Positions 56,601 to 64,000 of a stretch of 64,000 nt of DNA are shown here, one piece after another. The notes below the pieces were generated by a model, which worked only from the letters and a program-made list of their open reading frames with translations, was not told where the DNA came from and made no database searches. The stretch lies in assembly GCA_017551515.1 (NCBI GenBank), contig JAFZLK010000052.1:7864-71863 (forward strand), written 5' to 3'. Position numbers and translations under genes: made by a program. This DNA is from Bacteroidales bacterium. Its GTDB lineage: Bacteria > Bacteroidota > Bacteroidia > Bacteroidales > ML635J-15. The first letter of the stretch is position 1. Each line of letters starts with the position of its first letter.

Positions 56601-58082
56601 AGTATAATTGTGGCTAACAGGTGTATAAGTGGTGTGAAGTGTGGTCCCGTCACCGAAATCCCAGAAGTAGTCAACGATTTCGCTGTTTTCGGTATAAACA
56701 ACATAATGGTTAAACTGAATGTTTTTCGGAACGCAGTCACCGCAAGAATTTGATTCTATGTTGGCTTCGGGATGGTTAACGATTATAGTCGGACCTTCAA
56801 ACGTGTCGAAACATCCGGCACTTGTATAAGCTGTCATTGATGTGGGGTAAACACCATTCTCTGTGTATCTTTTGTTTGGATTTTCGGCTGACCCTAGGGT
56901 CTCGTCCCCAAAATCGTATCGGTACGAAACAGCATCGCCTGTAGATGTGTTTGTAAAATGTGCCGTAAATGGATAGTCGCACGAAAAAGTCTCGTCAACT
57001 GCAAATGAAGCTTCGACATGCTGTACGGTTACCTCAAAAGTTTCGGAGCGCTCGCATGGACCGCCTGGGTCGGCGGTAAATGTTCCTGTGTATGTGCCTG
57101 CATTTTGATAGGCGTGATATGCAGTTTGGTCGTTCGAAACTGGTGTGCCATCGCCGAAATCCCATTGGCAATTGGTTCGAGGCATATGGCTATGGAAGGC
57201 AGTAGATACTCTTTTGCAAACAACCGATGGCGTATCAAAGCGCGGTACTAATTGTGCAATGGAAATCATGTCTGGATAAAACATCGTGGTGGAGCATCCG
57301 TAGCTGTCGGTGGCAGTTACACTTACATCGAAATGTCCATGCGAAGTATAGGTGTGACTTGGATTGTCGCCTGTGCCAGTCTGTCCGTCACCAAAATTCC
57401 AAGTCAAAGTGCATGCTGTGGAAACATTTGGTGCGGTTGTGACTTCCGAATGGAAAGGCACTTGCAATGGAGGTTCGCACCACTGTTCAATTTCTGGTGT
57501 TACCGAAAGCGATGGTGACGACGACACATTTACAATCTGCGCATAATGCTCGTCAATGCAACCGTTGTTATCGACAATTCGCAACGAAACAGTCAGAAGT
57601 CCCGAATTAAGGTAGGTATGCGATACATATTGACCTGTAGATGTTTGTCCGTCGCCCCAGTACCACAGCCAACTGTTAATCGGTGCATCGCCTTGAATTG
57701 ACATGTCGTTTAGCGTGAAGTCGAATGGGGTACAGCCCGAAACGGGTGTTTCGTTGAATCGAGCATGTGGAGATTGGAAAATAACTATTTCGTGGTTGGC
57801 GGTTGCTGTCTGCCCGCTACTTGTAACAGTCACCGATATGGTATATGTCCCGCCTTCGAGATAAGAGAATGTTGGGGTAGCCAGTTGCGATACATCACCG
57901 TTGCCCGACGACCACGAATAAGCCACATTAGGTCCTGCTCCAGTAACATTACAGCCAAAAGTAAGGTTTTGCGGTGAGCAACCACTGAACGAATCGCCAA
58001 TGATGGTAACGGAAAGCTGCGCCTTTGCGGCAAATGCCGAAAGCAAAACCAATATTGTTAATATGCAGACTTTCCTAAACAT
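53628..58082 (-). CDS. 1,484-aa PKD-repeat protein with T9SS type-B (gliding-motility-associated) C-terminal domain, paralogue 1
   Basis: It has a signal peptide and at least eight W.FGDG-type PKD modules. The C-terminus is GAFTPLSEGDGNN..FRIFNRWGEEVFF..WDG..DTYSYYVEAEMYDGSIRTKKGNLMLIK. Confidence 0.8.
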   Translation of the reverse strand: MFRKVCILTILVLLSAFAAKAQLSVTIIGDSFSGCSPQNLTFGCNVTGAGPNVAYSWSSGNGDVSQLATPTFSYLEGGTYTISVTVTSSGQTATANHEIVIFQSPHARFNETPVSGCTPFDFTLNDMSIQGDAPINSWLWYWGDGQTSTGQYVSHTYLNSGLLTVSLRIVDNNGCIDEHYAQIVNVSSSPSLSVTPEIEQWCEPPLQVPFHSEVTTAPNVSTACTLTWNFGDGQTGTGDNPSHTYTSHGHFDVSVTATDSYGCSTTMFYPDMISIAQLVPRFDTPSVVCKRVSTAFHSHMPRTNCQWDFGDGTPVSNDQTAYHAYQNAGTYTGTFTADPGGPCERSETFEVTVQHVEASFAVDETFSCDYPFTAHFTNTSTGDAVSYRYDFGDETLGSAENPNKRYTENGVYPTSMTAYTSAGCFDTFEGPTIIVNHPEANIESNSCGDCVPKNIQFNHYVVYTENSEIVDYFWDFGDGTTLHTTYTPVSHNYTVPGAYIPTLTITDRNGCTDTRTLHKFDSNRCDTIEVGIQIPPEDFWATDTNHIRINGDTVCPQDLYLLYNSMYESSDSIDFTILVDGEHGPANNMYNGFMFDVHTGWNNVGIMTEYLNCESDSYYQDRVYVLPPILHVSYQSPPCTTPFDYTFYITNNQGAQYWDWSITGSTWSSGGGQGTQVYSESHSTASTIHVSLPGYGVYECNIIGYNDDSGCTFRDYVTVELPMRDFIWHLDPDTVCMGQYSSVEVDYGGDEWIAYNWGINDMPVENLEWFEFSSNTSHPHRFEEPGDYTVTVYLKGDDECISIYTKPIYVVDPTSTIMPPPQNVCAPTTVEFECILTNTNDPIRNVQWNFGHNETIQGNPVSHEYADTGLYSIYYMVTTKHGCHDQQSFENHLHALAIPELVVDFDDSICSTDLVIFTSNVENPDFSYTWDFGDGEVWDNSGPVVTHRYSAPGLYSVSLNISGGVGCTDAVDYQNGVYVESLNTSLSPQNQNFSCYPAQPIFDVSATAWPDGVDPLFHWNMGNGDNLYVENPEYLYNTPGYYTISVEITTPAGCRVAKNTNVWISGPTAEIYISDTAICAGDNVNFRMLNAQNVQSFQWVVGGGYNYTTPNVTHTYDYVPQSGYFPVVLSLTSGECNIDITEMIYVYEVDARFGLYADSVEINAGLCEPLSATLVNQSSEEAQFRWYQNGHRLDESEEEVPVYWTNPSHNDSTFVVSLAVTNEHNCYDSVSHEYVLFPSPHPLTNKDTVLCLGDETDIIVVGGASYYWDAPINDSRPIQRVAPIENTTYHVNVYTEHLCSATDSVHIDVIAPVEAEIEPDYASINIGDTVVAVILSETDLNCRWLPLDSVISIGCDTLFFFPNATTNYIVWLSDSLGCYEKSFDIHIDVEMKFSLDVPGAFTPLSEGDGNNIVYVRGLGIKRLLQFRIFNRWGEEVFFSDDLNRGWDGRLKGKVQNIDTYSYYVEAEMYDGSIRTKKGNLMLIK

Positions 58083-58151
58083 CCCTATATTTTTATATTC
58101 GTTTTCGTATTTTTACCAAAATAATTCATTTTTATGCCAATTATTTCATTT

Positions 58152-58180
58152 GTAGGGGTTGGTTTCAAACCGCCCCCTAC
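58152..58180 (-). terminator. Hairpin between paralogue 2 and paralogue 1
   Basis: GTAGGGGTTGG-tttcaaa-CCGCCCCCTAC begins 6 nt downstream of the paralogue-2 stop. No clear U-tract follows. Confidence 0.45.
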
Positions 58181-58185
58181 AAATT

Positions 58186-61100
58186 TTATTTCAACAACAT
58201 TATATTCCCCTTCTTCGTCCTTATGCTGCCATCGTACATTTCTGCTTCCACATAATAGGAATATGTGTCCATGTTTTGCACTATTCCGCTGATTGTTCCG
58301 TCCCAGCCGGTATGCAGGTCGTTGGTAAAGAAAACCTCTTCGCCCCAGCGGTTGTAAATACGGAACTGGCGCAACTCCTTTATGCCAAGCCCTCGCACAT
58401 AAACTACGCTATTTTCGTCATCGCTCAATGGAGTGAACGCACCTGGGACATCAAGCGTATATTTAATGTCAACATCGACATGAATGTTGATATTTGTTTC
58501 GTAGCAGCCGAGCGTATCTTTCAGGATAAGTGTGAAATCGGTATTTTCGAGCGGATAAAGCAACAAAGTGTCGCAATTTCCTGCAAAAGCGTATTCCGCA
58601 GGCGAAATGTAGCAGTCAAGCGCTTCCATGTCGGAAAATACCAATGTCATAGCCGTATCACCTATATTTATGGTAAACGACTGCTCGTCAGTTTCTGCCT
58701 CAAATGGCTGAAACACATCAATTGCGACCGAATCCGTAGTCATGCACATTTTTTCATTAAAAGCATCAACATAGTAAATGGTTGCCTCGGTTGGAGAAAT
58801 AATTTGACTTTGTGTGCTGTTGCCGATAGGAGGATGCCAGTAGTAGGAATTTCCGCCATATACAGAAATGTGAGCCTCACTGCCTTTGCAAATCAAAGTG
58901 TCGCCAATGGTATATACTTCGGGATTTTTGTAAACCAGATATTCATGCGAAATGCTGTCGATACAGCCAAGCGAATCGGTAATTGCAAGTGAAACCACAT
59001 ATAACGAGTCCGTCTGCGTGGAAGAATTTGTCCATATCACTGTGCCTTCTGAGTATGTTTCACCGTTCACATACCAGCGTTGTTCCACGCCGTTGGTTCC
59101 TGAATATGCTAAATCTCCTTCCAATGGAGAACAAGTACCTTCGAGGATAGCATTTCCGCTCAAATCCAAAAGGCTAAAGTCAGAATTTATCCTATACACA
59201 TAAACCTGTTCGGTCAAGTCAATCATGCAGTTGCCATTTCGTATCGAAAGCGTCACCGGGAAATATCCCGATTCGGGAACATAGCCGTACTGGTGCGTAA
59301 CTTCCTCTGTATAATAGTTGTATCCGCCACCTACAACCCACATGAAACTTTCAACATCAACTGCATCTGTCATTGAGAAATGCACTTCGCCGCCTGCGCA
59401 AACTATAGTGTCGCTCAACGAAATGTTTGCCTCGGGACCAGTAATCGCCACACTATGCGACATTGAGGCGCTGCAACCGCTGTATGTTGTTACTTCAAGA
59501 TTAATAGTGTAGTTGCCAGGTGCTGTATATAAGTATTGCGGATTTGCCACATGTAAAATGTCACCGTTGCCCATGTCCCAGTGGTAGCGCAGGTTGACAT
59601 AATCGGGTTCAGTAACTATCGCAGTATTTATTGTCGGGCTTACAGGATAGCAGTTGTATGCCGAACTGTCTATGGTAAAATCTGCCGAGACAATTCTTTC
59701 AATGTTTATGCAATCTTCGCATGGAAGAGTATCGCTACACACTGCTCCGCCATCGCCACGTACCGATACAATATGTGTAAACGAATAGATGCCCGCCTGT
59801 TCGTAAAGGTGTGTAAGTGTGCTGTTTGTTCCCGAAATCACAGTGCCGTCACCAAAATCCCATTCGTGCCAAATGAAATTATCTGACTCGTTCGATACAA
59901 ATGTCTGTATTGTGCCAAGACAAACGTTGTAACTAAAATCTACATAGGCGTATGGGAAATCAAGGACTTTCACCCTATTGCGGAATGTTTCAGAATACTG
60001 GCAGCCGTGCCAAGTCATAATGCTTAAGGAAACATCGTAAATGCCTGCTTCTTCGAAAGTATGGGTTACATTTTCGCCCGATACATTTTCAGTGCCGTCG
60101 CCGAAGTTCCATGTCGCAGAGTAAATTGCATCGTCGGTGTTGGTGATATTGTGAAATTCGAATGTGGCTGGATTGCAACCTACGACAAGATTTGTCGGTG
60201 ATATTGTGGAATGTGGGTCAACTACATACAACTGCTTGGTAAATACCGAAATGCATCCATCGAACTGGCGGGCGTAAGCAATTACTTCGTAGTTGCCTCC
60301 GCTTTCGTATGTGTAGCGTGAGTCGGTGATTCCGTTGATTTGAATCCATTCGAGTGCATTGATTGGCAAACCTCTGCCTTCCCAGTCGAAAGCAACTTCG
60401 GCAAAGGCTGGTGCGTTAAGAACTACTGCAGTAAGCCTGTTCCCAAGACACAATGTGTCGGTTGAAATTTCCCAGTTAAATATAGGCGGTCTAATGGCGC
60501 AAACGATTTCCTGCACGAATTCGCAATCCGATCCATCATTATGTGCGGTAAGTTTACAATGGTAGTTGCCGTAGTCGGGAAATACAAACGAAATCGAATC
60601 GGCGGTTGAATGATTGACATTCATAAGAATGTTGTTGTTATCGGTGTTCCATATCAACCATTCCCAGTATTCCGCGCCAAGATTTTCGGTAATTTTGAAC
60701 GAATAAACAAAGGGCGCGTTGCAGTCGGAATACGAAGCAAGATGTACGATTGGCGGTTTCACATAAACGCTGTCCCAGAGATATACTGACGACAGGCAGT
60801 TACGGTATTCAACCGTGAATCCCACCTTGTTCCAGCCGGTGTCAACCTTGAATGAATAAGGAGTGTATTCGGCTCCTGTATTAACATCCCAGTTCTTACC
60901 TGCAGAATTTATTACGAAGAAGTAGTTGTAGTCGGCGGAACTTCCGCTCATCGAATTGTATAGATACACTACATCCGTTGGACAAATAGTATCGCCAGGA
61001 ATGTAATCGTGCATATCATTTGTTACTCCGAATTGTTCTGGTGAAACTGGAGTGCCTGTAATTATGCTTGCCAGCGGTCTGTCATCGAGTATGCTAGTGG

Positions 61101-62661
61101 CGGTACAGCCGGAAGTATCGGTAATCGTAAGTGTTGGGGGGAAGATGCCAAATTCGGAATATTCATGTAGTACCGATGATGTTGTAGTATGGGTAGATGT
61201 GCCATCACCGAAATCCCAAAAGAAATCCACAACTGCCGAATTGCTTGTGTGTTCTGGGTCATTGTAAAGTCCAACTGTTGCAGGTACGCAGTCGCCTGCC
61301 GTAGTGGAATGAAGTGATGCGTCGGGCTGGTTGACAACAATTTCCGTTCCTGTATATCTTGATACGCATCCGCCTGGGGATGTTACTGTTAGCGTAGGTG
61401 TAAATCTGCCGTTCTGCGAATACGAATGCATCGTAATCCCATCAAAGCCAATGTAGCTGTCATCAAAATTGTATGAATAAGTAAGGTTTTCGCCGATAGA
61501 GGTGCTTATAAACCTCACTTCGAAAGGGTAGGTGCATGAAAACAGGTCCTCGGGTTCGGTGCGGAACGATGCATGAACGTCAACAACATTGACATTAAAA
61601 ACCTGCGTTTGCCTGCATGGTCCATTGGGGTCAATAGTGAATGTCACTGAATAGTTTCCCTCCTGCGAATAAGAGTGGCTTGCCTCTGTTCCCGACTGTA
61701 CAGGTGTTCCGTCGCCAAAGTTCCAGTAGCAGGTAATGTCATCGTCAACATCGCTGCGGAAAAGAAATGGTATATTTAGGCACATTTCGGCAGGAACTGT
61801 GCATGTTGGTGTTAGTGTTCCTATTACTACCATGTTGTTTTTGCGCACTACCGACTGGCAACCATACGAATCAACCACAGTTAGCGATACATTATAGCTG
61901 CCAGTATTGTCGTATGTATGCGATGGATTGTCCTCGTTGCTTTCTGAGCCATCGCCAAAATCCCATGTTGCCGTGTAGGGTCCGCCAAGTCCTACATCGG
62001 TGGATATTTCCGATGAGAAATTGACCTCGTGCGGAGCCACGCACCATTGAGCATCGTTGGCAGAAATAGACACGTTTGGTCGCTTCGATAGCGTCAGCAT
62101 CTGCGAGTGGTATTCATCGCGACAACCGTTGGCATCGGTTACCTCGAGCGACACCGTGAATATTCCAGGCGATGTGTATGTATGTGCCCTGTTGCGTCCT
62201 TGAGCCGAAACGCCATCACCGAAATACCATAGCCAGCTTGTAATTTCTGCATCGCCTTCGGTAGCACTGCTTTTGAACAAATAGCCTCTTGAGACGCAAC
62301 CAACAATGGAACTGTCGTTGAACGATGCTGTAGGTCCGTTGAATACTACAATTTCGTGGCTGTCGGTGGCTGTCTGTCCGCCACTTTCTATTGTAACGGA
62401 AATTGTGTATCGTCCTGGTGAAAGATAGGAAAATGTAGGTTCTGCAAGTACCGACATATCACCGTTTCCCGATGACCACGAATACGACACTTCGTCTGTA
62501 GCTCCGCTCACATTGCACCCAAAAGCGAGAATTTGTGGTGCACAGCCTTCGAAACTGCCGGTTATCGAAACCGACAATTGTGCTACCGATGTAAAGTGTA
62601 ACAGTAAGGCAACGAGTAATAGTGGTATGTATTTTAGTATCTTGAGAATATCTCTTTTCAT
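58186..62661 (-). CDS. 1,491-aa PKD-repeat protein with T9SS type-B C-terminal domain, paralogue 2
   Basis: It is collinear with 53628-58082 along its whole length. The C-terminus is GAFTPLSDDENS..FRIYNRWGEEVFF..WDG..DTYSYYVEAEMYDGSIRTKKGNIMLLK. Confidence 0.8.
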   Translation of the reverse strand: MKRDILKILKYIPLLLVALLLHFTSVAQLSVSITGSFEGCAPQILAFGCNVSGATDEVSYSWSSGNGDMSVLAEPTFSYLSPGRYTISVTIESGGQTATDSHEIVVFNGPTASFNDSSIVGCVSRGYLFKSSATEGDAEITSWLWYFGDGVSAQGRNRAHTYTSPGIFTVSLEVTDANGCRDEYHSQMLTLSKRPNVSISANDAQWCVAPHEVNFSSEISTDVGLGGPYTATWDFGDGSESNEDNPSHTYDNTGSYNVSLTVVDSYGCQSVVRKNNMVVIGTLTPTCTVPAEMCLNIPFLFRSDVDDDITCYWNFGDGTPVQSGTEASHSYSQEGNYSVTFTIDPNGPCRQTQVFNVNVVDVHASFRTEPEDLFSCTYPFEVRFISTSIGENLTYSYNFDDSYIGFDGITMHSYSQNGRFTPTLTVTSPGGCVSRYTGTEIVVNQPDASLHSTTAGDCVPATVGLYNDPEHTSNSAVVDFFWDFGDGTSTHTTTSSVLHEYSEFGIFPPTLTITDTSGCTATSILDDRPLASIITGTPVSPEQFGVTNDMHDYIPGDTICPTDVVYLYNSMSGSSADYNYFFVINSAGKNWDVNTGAEYTPYSFKVDTGWNKVGFTVEYRNCLSSVYLWDSVYVKPPIVHLASYSDCNAPFVYSFKITENLGAEYWEWLIWNTDNNNILMNVNHSTADSISFVFPDYGNYHCKLTAHNDGSDCEFVQEIVCAIRPPIFNWEISTDTLCLGNRLTAVVLNAPAFAEVAFDWEGRGLPINALEWIQINGITDSRYTYESGGNYEVIAYARQFDGCISVFTKQLYVVDPHSTISPTNLVVGCNPATFEFHNITNTDDAIYSATWNFGDGTENVSGENVTHTFEEAGIYDVSLSIMTWHGCQYSETFRNRVKVLDFPYAYVDFSYNVCLGTIQTFVSNESDNFIWHEWDFGDGTVISGTNSTLTHLYEQAGIYSFTHIVSVRGDGGAVCSDTLPCEDCINIERIVSADFTIDSSAYNCYPVSPTINTAIVTEPDYVNLRYHWDMGNGDILHVANPQYLYTAPGNYTINLEVTTYSGCSASMSHSVAITGPEANISLSDTIVCAGGEVHFSMTDAVDVESFMWVVGGGYNYYTEEVTHQYGYVPESGYFPVTLSIRNGNCMIDLTEQVYVYRINSDFSLLDLSGNAILEGTCSPLEGDLAYSGTNGVEQRWYVNGETYSEGTVIWTNSSTQTDSLYVVSLAITDSLGCIDSISHEYLVYKNPEVYTIGDTLICKGSEAHISVYGGNSYYWHPPIGNSTQSQIISPTEATIYYVDAFNEKMCMTTDSVAIDVFQPFEAETDEQSFTINIGDTAMTLVFSDMEALDCYISPAEYAFAGNCDTLLLYPLENTDFTLILKDTLGCYETNINIHVDVDIKYTLDVPGAFTPLSDDENSVVYVRGLGIKELRQFRIYNRWGEEVFFTNDLHTGWDGTISGIVQNMDTYSYYVEAEMYDGSIRTKKGNIMLLK

Positions 62662-62684
62662 GTCACGATATTTTACAATTCATA

Positions 62685-62726
62685 ATATTATGACAATTAA
62701 AAATACATTTTCGTTGCCTGAAGAAA
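62685..62726 (-). promoter_or_regulatory. Conserved ~41-nt upstream motif (copy 2), overlapping a perfect 12-bp hairpin (62701-62734)
   Basis: The hairpin is AAATACATTTTC-gttgcctgaa-GAAAATGTATTT. The motif aligns with 13415-13455 (about 33/41). Confidence 0.5.
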
Positions 62727-62814
62727 ATGTATTTAACTGTAATTTAACATAATTTTAAGAGATGGGGGTGTTGTTCTGCTAGACATCCTTTTTTGAATTT
62801 AAGTATAGACGCAA

Positions 62815-63121
62815 TTCGTTGAGCCTCAGTGGTTTCAAATAATATGAAATCCAGAAACAGCGCAGCCATTCAAACCTAGAAACAGCGTAGCGTATAAACG
62901 CCGAAGCCGTAGAAACTTAGAAACAGCGTAGCGTATAAACGCCGTAGGCATAGAAACGTGAAACCTTCAAACGGCGTAGCCATTCATTCGTCAACAGACC
63001 CTGAAACAAGTTCAGGGTGACATTAGGGAGAGTGCCTAGAAATGGGCGACAGCCCACTGAACGGCAAAGCCCTCAACGAAGTTAACCCAGAAACTTATAA
63101 ACTGGCGCAAGCCCACACTGC
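62815..63121. repeat. Mosaic intergenic repeat block (GAAAC heptads, 27-nt perfect direct repeat, hairpin module, 28-nt shared module)
   Basis: TAGAAACAGCGTAGCGTATAAACGCCG occurs at 62877-62903 and 62918-62944. The hairpin lies at 62998-63018. The stretch 63058-63085 is the reverse complement of 6116-6143 (27/28). Confidence 0.85.
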
Positions 63122-64000
63122 CTATCTTATGAGCATTATGTTTCCTTTTTTGCTTTGTACGCTTCCGTCGAACATTTCTGCTTCAACATAATAAGAATAT
63201 GTATCGCTGTTCTGCACCTTTCCGTTTACTGTTCCGTCCCAGCCTGTATGCAGGTCGTCGGTAAAGAATACTTCTTCGCCCCAGCGGTTGTAAATGCGGA
63301 ATTGCAATAGTTGTTTAATGCCAAGTCCTCGTGCATAGACTATATTATTGCCGTCGTTTTCGCTAAGAGGTGTGAAAGCTCCAGGTACATCAAGTGTAAA
63401 TATCTTTTCAACATCAATATGTATGTCGAACTTGTGGTCGGGGCAGAAAGTAGTATCCTTCATAACAAGCACATAGTCGGTGCTTTCATCGGGGAAGAAT
63501 ACTATTGTGTCGCAACCGCTCATAGTGAGGTTTTCCTCAGGTGTAATATAGCATTCGATGGCATTGTTGTCGTAGGTGATTAAAGCCATAGCAGTATCGC
63601 CCATATTTATCTTGAAATATTCGTCCGACAATGATACTTCGTATGTTGGAATTACAATCACAGTTATTGAATCGGCGATTGAACACCTGTGTTCAGTGTA
63701 GGCTTCAACATGGTAAACCGTTGTTTCTTCGGGTATAACACTTTGGTTAGGAAGACTGTCGTCGATTGGGGTGTCCCAATAGTAAGAATATGCATCCATT
63801 GCCGACATATTTACCGTATCGCCGTAGCATATGGTAGTGTCGTTGCTTACTCTAAGTGTAGGCATATGGTAAACATAATACTGGTGCGAAACGCTGTCGG
63901 TGCAACCAAGTGTATCGGTGGCAATAAGCTTAACGGTGAACAGTGAGTCAACCTGCAATGAATTGTTCTGCCAATTTACATTTTCTACAGTCTGCTGGTT
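63122..64000 (-). CDS. Type-B CTD PKD-family protein, paralogue 3 (C-terminal part only; the gene continues beyond the right edge)
   Basis: The frame stays open from 63958 to nt 64000 (..NQQTVENVNWQNNS-LQVDS..), and the sequence aligns with the equivalent region of paralogues 1 and 2. The C-terminus is GAFTPLSENDGNN..FRIYNRWGEEVFF..KKGNIMLIR. Confidence 0.75.
   Translation of the reverse strand, partial: NQQTVENVNWQNNSLQVDSLFTVKLIATDTLGCTDSVSHQYYVYHMPTLRVSNDTTICYGDTVNMSAMDAYSYYWDTPIDDSLPNQSVIPEETTVYHVEAYTEHRCSIADSITVIVIPTYEVSLSDEYFKINMGDTAMALITYDNNAIECYITPEENLTMSGCDTIVFFPDESTDYVLVMKDTTFCPDHKFDIHIDVEKIFTLDVPGAFTPLSENDGNNIVYARGLGIKQLLQFRIYNRWGEEVFFTDDLHTGWDGTVNGKVQNSDTYSYYVEAEMFDGSVQSKKGNIMLIR

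Noticed and set aside
58159-58992. 277-aa plus-strand ORF
   Set aside because: It lies entirely antisense to the 1,491-aa type-B CTD gene. It has no recognisable motifs and a biased composition typical of shadow ORFs opposite a long gene.
62701-62734. Invertible (phase-variable) promoter upstream of paralogue 2
   Set aside because: The inverted repeats are 12 bp and separated by only 10 nt, which is far too short for an invertible segment. No site-specific recombinase gene is nearby.
62850-62990. Possible CRISPR array, because of regularly recurring ..GAAAC words and a 27-nt direct repeat
   Set aside because: The periods are 7-8 nt and 41 nt, with no unique spacers of 25-40 nt. There are only two copies of the longer repeat and no cas genes in the window.

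Overview
This 64-kb chromosomal window looks like a Bacteroidota (FCB-group) genome. The evidence is many T9SS C-terminal sorting domains, TAnnTTTG -7 promoter boxes 14-66 nt upstream of start codons, and acpP-fabF-rnc synteny. No integrase, transposase, rRNA, tRNA or CRISPR array was seen. About 41 protein genes are supported. The housekeeping genes are greA, HIT, mpl-like, UDP-glucuronate decarboxylase, tsaB, an RluA-family synthase, an FAH-family enzyme, an amidohydrolase, mfd, an MFS sugar transporter, lpxA, lpxC, rnc, fabF, acpP, purN, DUF368, aroE, purS, pssA, threonine aldolase, clpP, clpX and a GT2. Interleaved with them is a very high load of T9SS-related genes: eight predicted cargo genes and two PorV-family barrel genes. 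Five cargo proteins have type-A-like CTDs: the left-edge fragment, a 1,573-aa DUF1566/Cys-module adhesin, an endonuclease I, a 1,647-aa C25 PorU-like peptidase and a 1,860-aa M14 carboxypeptidase. The other three are tandem, collinear ~1,490-aa PKD-rich paralogues with type-B CTDs. Each PorV-family barrel gene abuts a large CTD protein. The items most worth a second look are listed here. (1) A tight PorV-like + C25 PorU-like pair sits in reversed order to canonical porU-porV. (2) The type-B paralogue array has no PorP/SprF partner in view. (3) A dispersed mosaic intergenic repeat family (GAAAC/GTTTC heptad arrays, 25-55-nt shared modules, and a hairpin with compensatory stem changes) inflates several spacers and splits clpP from clpX by 405 nt. 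(4) A 272-bp MITE-like element with terminal inverted repeats lies next to a frameshifted FAD/Fe-S oxidoreductase. (5) A ~41-nt motif is shared upstream of two secreted-protein loci. (6) An unnamed two-cysteine ~40-51-aa module is tandemly amplified in the adhesin. All family assignments come from motif recognition by eye. No searches were run.
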